A DNA stretch of 64,000 nt, from positions 512,001 to 576,000 of the forward strand of contig CAXXYE010000004.1 of the NCBI GenBank assembly GCA_963674865.2. The letters are read 5' to 3'. The stretch is from Candidatus Hydrogenedentota bacterium (GTDB taxonomy: Bacteria > Hydrogenedentota > Hydrogenedentia > Hydrogenedentales > SLHB01). A program made the translations under genes and the position numbers. Of the stretch, positions 57,626-64,000 are shown in pieces. Within the stretch, counting starts at the first letter, position 1. Every line of letters begins with the position of its first letter. The notes under the pieces are model-generated. The model made no database searches, was not told where the DNA came from, and saw only the letters and a list, made by a program, of their open reading frames with translations.

Positions 57626-57823
57626 TGCAAGCGAGCGACGTGAGGAGCGAGACGTGTCTGTCCCCTTTCTTGCGCCGAACTGCGGCCGTGTATCCTGAAA
57701 ACGATGCGGCGCCTCAAGCAAATCCAAAAGGGGACTGATGCAAGCGAGCGACGAGAGGAGCGAGACGTGTCTGTCCCTTTTCTTGCCGCAAGCTGAAAAC
57801 GATGCTGCGCCTCAGGCAAATCC
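57611..57823. repeat. Tandem duplication of a REP-like hairpin unit (about 112-bp period)
   Basis: GGGACTGATGCAAGCGAGCGACG.GAGGAGCGAGACGTGTCTGTCCC and CTGAAAACGATGC.GCGCCTCA.GCAAATCC each occur twice. Confidence 0.8.
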
Positions 57824-58822
57824 CGTCTGCGCCTGAACCGTCTCGATGAAGGCCAGCATATTCTCCAGCTGGACATCCCCCTCCACGGCGTGGGCGGGAG
57901 AGAAGATGTATCCCCCGGGCCGCCCGGCGTCGAGCAAGCGCAGCGTGTCGGCGCGCACATCGTCCGGCGTCCCGTAAGGGAGCGTCTTCTGCGTAGACAA
58001 TCCGCCGTAGAAGGCCAGGCGGCCGCGATACCGTTCGAGCAGGCCGAACACATCCATCACCTCCGGTTGGAACGGATTGAAACAGCTCAGTCCTATGGCG
58101 ATGAGGTCGTCGAAAAGCTCGTCCACCTTCCCACACGAGTGGATCATCACATGCTTGCCCGCGTCACGGACTACCCCGTACATCCGCGCCAAGACGGGCC
58201 GGATGAATTCCCGCCACACCGTTGGCCCCATCTGAAGCCCCCGCTGCTGGCCCCAGTCATCTCCGAACGCGACCGCGTCAATATCGTATTCGAGCGCCTG
58301 CCGCACCACGGCCACGTTCCAATCGCCGATCGCGTCGAGCAGCGCATGGGCGAAATCGGGATTCGCGTGGAAATCCATCATCAGATTCGCCATGCCGCGC
58401 AGCGTCCAGGCACGTTCATAGAGCGAAAAACCGATGGAAAACACCCGGAAAAGGTCCCCTTTAGCCTCAATGCACTCGGAAATGCCCTCGAAATGTGCCG
58501 GATCCGCGGCGTCAGGGAAAGTGTATCCGTCCAACGTCGCCTCACTCATGAGGCAGTTGGCGACGATGCCGATATCCTTGTCCACCGAGCGATCCCACAC
58601 CACGCCGAAGACATCCCGGTAGTTGTCCTCATCAAGCCGCTCGAAACGCTCCACCCGGCCCAGGCCGATGAGGTGGTTCTGCAGCACCCCCGCCCGCAGC
58701 CGCTCCTCGCCGTAATGCGCAGTCAGCTTTTCGCGCGCCTCCCGCGTAAACCCAAACGACCACGGCACATACGGCGGCGTTCCCCCATCCAGAACAACCT
58801 GCACCACCTCACGTTTCGTCAT
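57812..58822 (-). CDS. Uroporphyrinogen decarboxylase-family protein
   Basis: ERAWTLRG, GDDWGQQ, IHSCG, NPFQPE, FYGGLSTQ, GGYIFSPAH. Confidence 0.88.
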   Translation of the reverse strand: MTKREVVQVVLDGGTPPYVPWSFGFTREAREKLTAHYGEERLRAGVLQNHLIGLGRVERFERLDEDNYRDVFGVVWDRSVDKDIGIVANCLMSEATLDGYTFPDAADPAHFEGISECIEAKGDLFRVFSIGFSLYERAWTLRGMANLMMDFHANPDFAHALLDAIGDWNVAVVRQALEYDIDAVAFGDDWGQQRGLQMGPTVWREFIRPVLARMYGVVRDAGKHVMIHSCGKVDELFDDLIAIGLSCFNPFQPEVMDVFGLLERYRGRLAFYGGLSTQKTLPYGTPDDVRADTLRLLDAGRPGGYIFSPAHAVEGDVQLENMLAFIETVQAQTGFA

Positions 58823-59034
58823 CCACCGTTCCTCCCGCCGGTAACATCATACAAGCCAATAAACGTGTCATCGGCACGCACATTCTATCATCCCTTTGAG
58901 ACACACCCTGTGCGTTCCCGTCCCAGCGGGCCACGCCAGCGGCCTGGGCCTTCCAATCCTCGGGGCGACGGCCTACACTGTCTGCATGGCCAAAGGCGAG
59001 GCGCGTCATTTGGACACACCTAGGAGAACAGCTG

Positions 59035-61851
59035 ATGGGACCTTTCATCTGCTTGGCGCTGCTTCTTGCGGGCGCGGGAGCCGGCGGAGATACGATTGCT
59101 GTCGAGAACGAGTTCACCCGGCTCGTGCTCGACGGCAACGGGCAAGTACTCAACCTGATCGACATCCGATCGGGAGACGACTACGCCCAGCGAAGTCCCA
59201 CGGCGCCCTTCGCTTTCGTCAAGGTCGGCGCCCAAACGTACAACGTCTCCCACGCTTCATACCATGGCGGCCGCATAACCCTAGCCTTCGATCCGCCCGA
59301 CATCCGAGCCGTTCTCGCCGTGTCGGCAAAGGAGCGCTACCTCACGTTCGAGGTCCTCTCCGTCAGCGGCGAAGGCTTGGAAGAACTGACCTTCATCAAT
59401 GTTGAGCTGGCCCTCAAGGGCGCCCTGGAAGAACCTTTCGCCGCGTGCGCCCTCGCGTTAAATCTCCAGACAAACGTCAAGGAAATCCCCGGACTCAACC
59501 GCCGCCTCCGGGCCATGTGCTACCGCCGCTTCGGATTCGAGGGCGCGAAGGCCGCCGTCATCGCCTGCCCGACCGCACACCTGCGCGACGTCATGAAAGA
59601 GGTGGTGCGCAACGCCGACGGCCTGCCGCAATTCGACCATCCCATCGGCGGGCCTTGGGCCATGGACACCCCCATCAATCGCGGCTCCTATCTGTTCGAC
59701 TTCGGCAAACTCACCGAGGAAACCGCGGACGATTGGATCGCGCTTGCCAAGGACCTCGGTATCAACCAGATCGATTTTCACACGGGCCACTCGCTACGCT
59801 TCGGCGACTGCCGCCCGAATCCCGACCTTTTCCCGAACGGGCGCGACAGCGTCAAGGCGGTTATCGACAAGCTCCACGCCGCGGGACTCGACGCCGGACT
59901 CCACACCTACGCCTTCTTCCTGGCGAAGGACACGCCGTGGGTTACCCCCGTCCCCGATCCCCGGCTCGGTAAAGACGCCGTCTTCACACTCGCCGAATCG
60001 ATAGCCGCCGAGGATGCTCGCGTCCCCGTTGGCGAATCCACGGAGGCCATGTCCACCACGACAGGATTTCAAGTCCGCAATAGCGTCACCATCCAGATCG
60101 ACGACGAGTTGATTACTTACGCCGGCGTATCCAAGGCCCCGCCCTACGCCTTCACGGAATGCACACGCGGCGCTTGTGGCACCGTCCCCGCCGAACACGC
60201 GCAAGGCGCCAAGGTGTACCACCTGAAGGAATGCTTCGGCCTGTTTGCGCCCGGCCCCGACTCAACCCTCCTCGCCGAGGTGGCCGCCCACACGGCCGAA
60301 ACCTTCAACGAATGCGGCTTCGACATGATCTACCTCGACGCCCTCGACGGCGAAGACATACTCGCGGGCCCCGAAAACGCTTGGCATTACGGCTCGAAGT
60401 TCGTCTTCGAGATCTGCAATCGCCTCGAGCGGCCCGCGCTTTTCGAGATGAGCACCTTCCATCATCATCTCTGGTATGTCCGCGGCCGCATGGGCGCGTG
60501 GGATCATCCCAACCGATGGCACAAGCGCTTCGTCGATGTACACACCGCCGCGAATAAGTCGGGCGAAGGCATGCTGCTGCCCATGCACCTCGGCTGGTGG
60601 GCCGTGAAAACCTGGACGGACGGCCCTCACGTGACGCAGATCGAGCCCACCTTTCCCGACGATATCGAATATCTCCTCTGCAAGTGCCTCGGCAACGGCG
60701 TCGGACTGAGCCTTATGGGCGTCAATCCCGAGACAATCGGCTCCGTCCCCGCATACCGGCGCCTTGCACCGATCTTCCGGCAATACGAGCAACTCCGCCG
60801 CACGGACTACTTTGACGAAGACACCAAGGCCCGCCTCCGCGTCCCCGGCGACGAATTCACGCTGGAGCAGGGGCCGGGGGAGAGCTGGCGCTTCCGGCCC
60901 GTCCAATACACCAAGCACAAAGTCCAGGGCATAGACGGCTGGAGCAACGTCTGGGCCGTCCACAATCGCTTCGAGCGGCAGCCGCTCCGACTCCGTATCG
61001 AGGCGCTCATATCGGCCGCGCCCTATGACTCCACGGACGCCGTCTTAGTGGAAGACTTCAGCGCTCCCGCCGTCTTCGACGATCGTCAGCTTCAAGAGAA
61101 CGTCCACGCGGATCTCCATGCCGCTTCCTCTCCCGTACGCCCGGGCGCCGCTGTGAGCGGGGCATTCGGGGCTTCGAGCACGCGGGAAGACCCGAACGGC
61201 GCGTGGGCCAAGATAGGCCGCATCTTCTCCCCGCCCATGAACATCGCAGGCCAGCAGGCTCTTGGCCTATGGGTATACGGCGACGGCCAAGGTGAACTCC
61301 TCAACATCCAGTTGCGCAGTCCCCGCCACATCATCAACGGCATCGGCGACCACTACGTCCAAGTAGATTTCAATGGATGGCGCTACTTCGAGCTCATCGA
61401 ACCGGAAGGCGGACACGCCCAGGACTTCTCCTGGCCTTACGGCGGCGCTTACGCCCTCTACCGTGAATGGGTGGATTACGCCAGCGTCGAGTCGCTTTCC
61501 CTGTGGTACAACGACCTCCCTGCAGGCAAGGAAGTGACCTGCTGCCTGAGTCCCATCAAAGCCCTGCCGCTCGCGGAGAACACCTTACGCCGCCCTGCCG
61601 TCACCATCGGAGACAAGACCATCGTGTTTCCCGTTGAACTCAGCAGCGGGCAATACATCGAGTTTGACGCGACGGGTAACTGCAAATTGTATGGCAAAAA
61701 AGGGGAACCCATCGCTGACGTGACGCCCGAAGGAGATATACCGGCTCTGGAGGCCGGCGACAACACCGTCCATTTTGATTGCGCTCCCCTACCCCAGCGG
61801 AGTGCCCGCGCTTATGTAAGCGTCATCACTAGAGGTGAGTTAATCGACTAG
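59035..61851 (+). CDS. Large secreted hypothetical protein, GH-like with a CBM-like C-terminal domain
   Basis: Signal peptide; FDMIYLDALDG; ALGLWVYGDG...VDFNGWRYFEL. Confidence 0.65.
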   Translation: MGPFICLALLLAGAGAGGDTIAVENEFTRLVLDGNGQVLNLIDIRSGDDYAQRSPTAPFAFVKVGAQTYNVSHASYHGGRITLAFDPPDIRAVLAVSAKERYLTFEVLSVSGEGLEELTFINVELALKGALEEPFAACALALNLQTNVKEIPGLNRRLRAMCYRRFGFEGAKAAVIACPTAHLRDVMKEVVRNADGLPQFDHPIGGPWAMDTPINRGSYLFDFGKLTEETADDWIALAKDLGINQIDFHTGHSLRFGDCRPNPDLFPNGRDSVKAVIDKLHAAGLDAGLHTYAFFLAKDTPWVTPVPDPRLGKDAVFTLAESIAAEDARVPVGESTEAMSTTTGFQVRNSVTIQIDDELITYAGVSKAPPYAFTECTRGACGTVPAEHAQGAKVYHLKECFGLFAPGPDSTLLAEVAAHTAETFNECGFDMIYLDALDGEDILAGPENAWHYGSKFVFEICNRLERPALFEMSTFHHHLWYVRGRMGAWDHPNRWHKRFVDVHTAANKSGEGMLLPMHLGWWAVKTWTDGPHVTQIEPTFPDDIEYLLCKCLGNGVGLSLMGVNPETIGSVPAYRRLAPIFRQYEQLRRTDYFDEDTKARLRVPGDEFTLEQGPGESWRFRPVQYTKHKVQGIDGWSNVWAVHNRFERQPLRLRIEALISAAPYDSTDAVLVEDFSAPAVFDDRQLQENVHADLHAASSPVRPGAAVSGAFGASSTREDPNGAWAKIGRIFSPPMNIAGQQALGLWVYGDGQGELLNIQLRSPRHIINGIGDHYVQVDFNGWRYFELIEPEGGHAQDFSWPYGGAYALYREWVDYASVESLSLWYNDLPAGKEVTCCLSPIKALPLAENTLRRPAVTIGDKTIVFPVELSSGQYIEFDATGNCKLYGKKGEPIADVTPEGDIPALEAGDNTVHFDCAPLPQRSARAYVSVITRGELID

Positions 61852-62258
61852 TGAGGTGGATAGTCCCCTGCCGCAAGGCCCGATCCGTTCATGACTTGCC
61901 AGGCCCCCTACATAATGCGCCGCCCCGGCGTAACACAGCCCGTCGCCGCCCGGTATAGTCTTGTGAATGCGGGAGCCCAATCCTCTGCCGCAGAGCCGAT
62001 ACCCGCACACGCCATAAGTACCGGCAGAACAGTAGGATAACGCACACAAGGCACTTGCCCGCCAGGCATCGGAAAGCTTACGCCGTTTCTGGCTTGCCTC
62101 ACGGACTGAGTGCAACATGGCACACGCTTTTCAGTCAGATCGGTGGTTTGCCAAACGAAGCGCCTAGCGGTTAAACTGTTACTGTAGCGTTTCGCTCGTT
62201 TGTGGGGAGCGCGGAAGCCGGACCCGGCATGGACCGCGACCAGAAGGAGGAGAATTCA

Positions 62259-64000
62259 ATGAAACGTGTTCCGTTTCGGACCTGCCTACTAACCTTGGCC
62301 GTCATCGTCGCGGTTTCGGCACTTACCGGCTGCCCTCAGTCACGCAAGACGGGCGATCTCGTCGGCTGGGTCAAGGACACCGACGGCGACATGCTCCCGC
62401 TAGTCAAGGTCTCCCTAGACAACGGCGAGGAAACCTACACCGACGGCCACGGCCTATTCACATTCGAGGGCGTCTCCGCCGGCAAGAGCCAGGTGCTGGC
62501 GTTCTCCCTCGAAGGATACGCCTCCTCCAGCCGGCCCGTCGATATCGAGGCCGGCGGCACATCATCCGTCGATGCCACGCTGAAACGGCTCGACGACGGC
62601 GAAGTGATCCAGAACGCACAGACTGGGGGAGAGGCGGCCGACAGTGCCGGGAACAGCGTTACCGTGCCCGGCGACGCGCTTGAAGGCGGCCAAAGCAAGG
62701 CCCTCACCGGACAAGTCACCGTGCATGTCACCGCCATCGATACCACCGACCCCGATGACCTCGAGGGCTTCCCCGGCACATTTGAAACCACGCAGAACGG
62801 CGAGACGGTCCTTCTCAACGCCTATGCCCTAGCCAACTTCTGCGCCTGGGCCAACGGCGAGTCCATCCAAGTCCGCGCGGGCGCCCAAGTGACCATCTAC
62901 CTCCGCCTGCCCAGCGTCACGGACCTCGAAGCGGGCGATGAAGTGGCTCTGTGGTACTTCGACGCCACCGTCGGCCTGTGGGTATCCGCCGGTACCGGCA
63001 CGGTTGAGAGCCAAGGCGGCCACCTCGTCTTCGTGGCCCATGTCTCCGCCTTCGGCTGGTGGTGTTGCGCCGTCACGTGCCCCAGCCCCCATACCATCGC
63101 CGGCCATGCCTACGACCAGGACTCCCTGCCCGTCGAAGGCGCCCTGATCCGCGCCGTGGACCTCGATTACCATATCCGCACCTTCGCCCGAACGGATGAA
63201 ACAGGCGCCTACAGCGTTCCCGTCAAGCCCGATGCCCAAGTCCGGCTCGACCTGATCCTCCCGGGCGCCTACTACATCGCCGATTCCCTTCAGGTCGCTT
63301 CGGGCGCCGCAGGCGAGACAACCACCGACCAGGACCTCTACGCCACCTTCGATTCCTGCATCAGCGGATATGTCACCGAGGAAGACAAAGTAACGCCCAT
63401 CGAAGGCGAAACCGTCTATTCCTCCACCGGCGGCACCGCCACCACCGACGCTGACGGCTACTTCTGCATTCCCGCACCGGCCGGCACCAAAGTGGCCGTG
63501 TACGTCATCGGCCGCCCGCCGAAGGTCGTCACCACGCCCGCATCCGCCTCGTGCGCCACGGGCGGCTGCGCCGAAGTGCTCCTGTCCGTCGACTATCCTG
63601 AGGACGGCGACCTCGTAGGATTCATTCTGAGCACCCTCGCCACGCACAACACGCTGTTCTCGGGCGAGGTCAAGGACTTGGCCTCTCTGGCCATGTTCTA
63701 CTCCGGCCTCGACGGCGACCAGATGGACCTGCTCAACGTCGATACCATCGAAGACTCGTGCGATGTCTACACCACCAGCGTGGATCCCGCCTTCAGCCTC
63801 GCCATCTACCTCAGCCTCGCACTCGGGCAAGACCAACTGGCCTTCGACCTCGTGTTCAGCCTCGGCTTCACACGCAATGAACTCTTCAGTCTTGAAGCCG
63901 GGGACGTCCCAAAATGCGACAAAATAGGCGCCCTCGACCCAGGCTCGCCCGGCGCCCTCACCGACGGCGTTACCGCCATCGACATGATCTGCCCCCTCGA
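62259..64000 (+). CDS. Lipoprotein with carboxypeptidase-regulatory-like (Cna-B-type) repeats; runs off the window
   Basis: AGGAGG RBS; MKRVPFRTCLLTLAVIVAVSALTGC lipobox; repeated G.V.D...P.....V and TD..G.(F/Y) motifs; still in frame at the window end. Confidence 0.8.
   Translation, partial: MKRVPFRTCLLTLAVIVAVSALTGCPQSRKTGDLVGWVKDTDGDMLPLVKVSLDNGEETYTDGHGLFTFEGVSAGKSQVLAFSLEGYASSSRPVDIEAGGTSSVDATLKRLDDGEVIQNAQTGGEAADSAGNSVTVPGDALEGGQSKALTGQVTVHVTAIDTTDPDDLEGFPGTFETTQNGETVLLNAYALANFCAWANGESIQVRAGAQVTIYLRLPSVTDLEAGDEVALWYFDATVGLWVSAGTGTVESQGGHLVFVAHVSAFGWWCCAVTCPSPHTIAGHAYDQDSLPVEGALIRAVDLDYHIRTFARTDETGAYSVPVKPDAQVRLDLILPGAYYIADSLQVASGAAGETTTDQDLYATFDSCISGYVTEEDKVTPIEGETVYSSTGGTATTDADGYFCIPAPAGTKVAVYVIGRPPKVVTTPASASCATGGCAEVLLSVDYPEDGDLVGFILSTLATHNTLFSGEVKDLASLAMFYSGLDGDQMDLLNVDTIEDSCDVYTTSVDPAFSLAIYLSLALGQDQLAFDLVFSLGFTRNELFSLEAGDVPKCDKIGALDPGSPGALTDGVTAIDMICPL

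Noticed and set aside
61852..62258. Riboswitch or ncRNA in the long leader of the terminal lipoprotein gene
   Set aside because: No aptamer consensus recognised by eye; an Infernal/Rfam scan would be needed to exclude it.

Overview
GC-rich bacterial chromosomal segment; the gene mix suggests Ca. Hydrogenedentota or a similar PVC-like carbohydrate degrader (inference only). Housekeeping genes: radA, lysA, glyQS, rsgA, a reduced murC-ftsQ-ftsZ-pilT block and tRNA-Ala(CGC). They are interspersed with many carbohydrate-type genes: PfkB and GHMP kinases, a sialidase-like protein, GH-like proteins, a sugar ABC transporter, an SSS symporter and two UROD-family proteins. Accessory content: an intact IS1202-family element with a 17-bp target duplication; an ExbB-ExbD-TPR-[TonB-like anchor + VWA] operon; three tandem orphan paralogues; a GH gene split by one in-frame TAG; an orphan P-loop NTPase pair; several REP/MITE families. 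The most striking feature is a GxxExxY (PD-(D/E)xK-type) nuclease gene enclosed by perfect 19-bp inverted repeats. The same repeat family recurs as gene-less pairs at four other intergenic sites and is stacked with other 8-10-nt-period repeat families into mosaic arrays. This looks like a nuclease/repeat system analogous to RAYT-REP. All product calls come from motif recognition by eye; no database searches were run.
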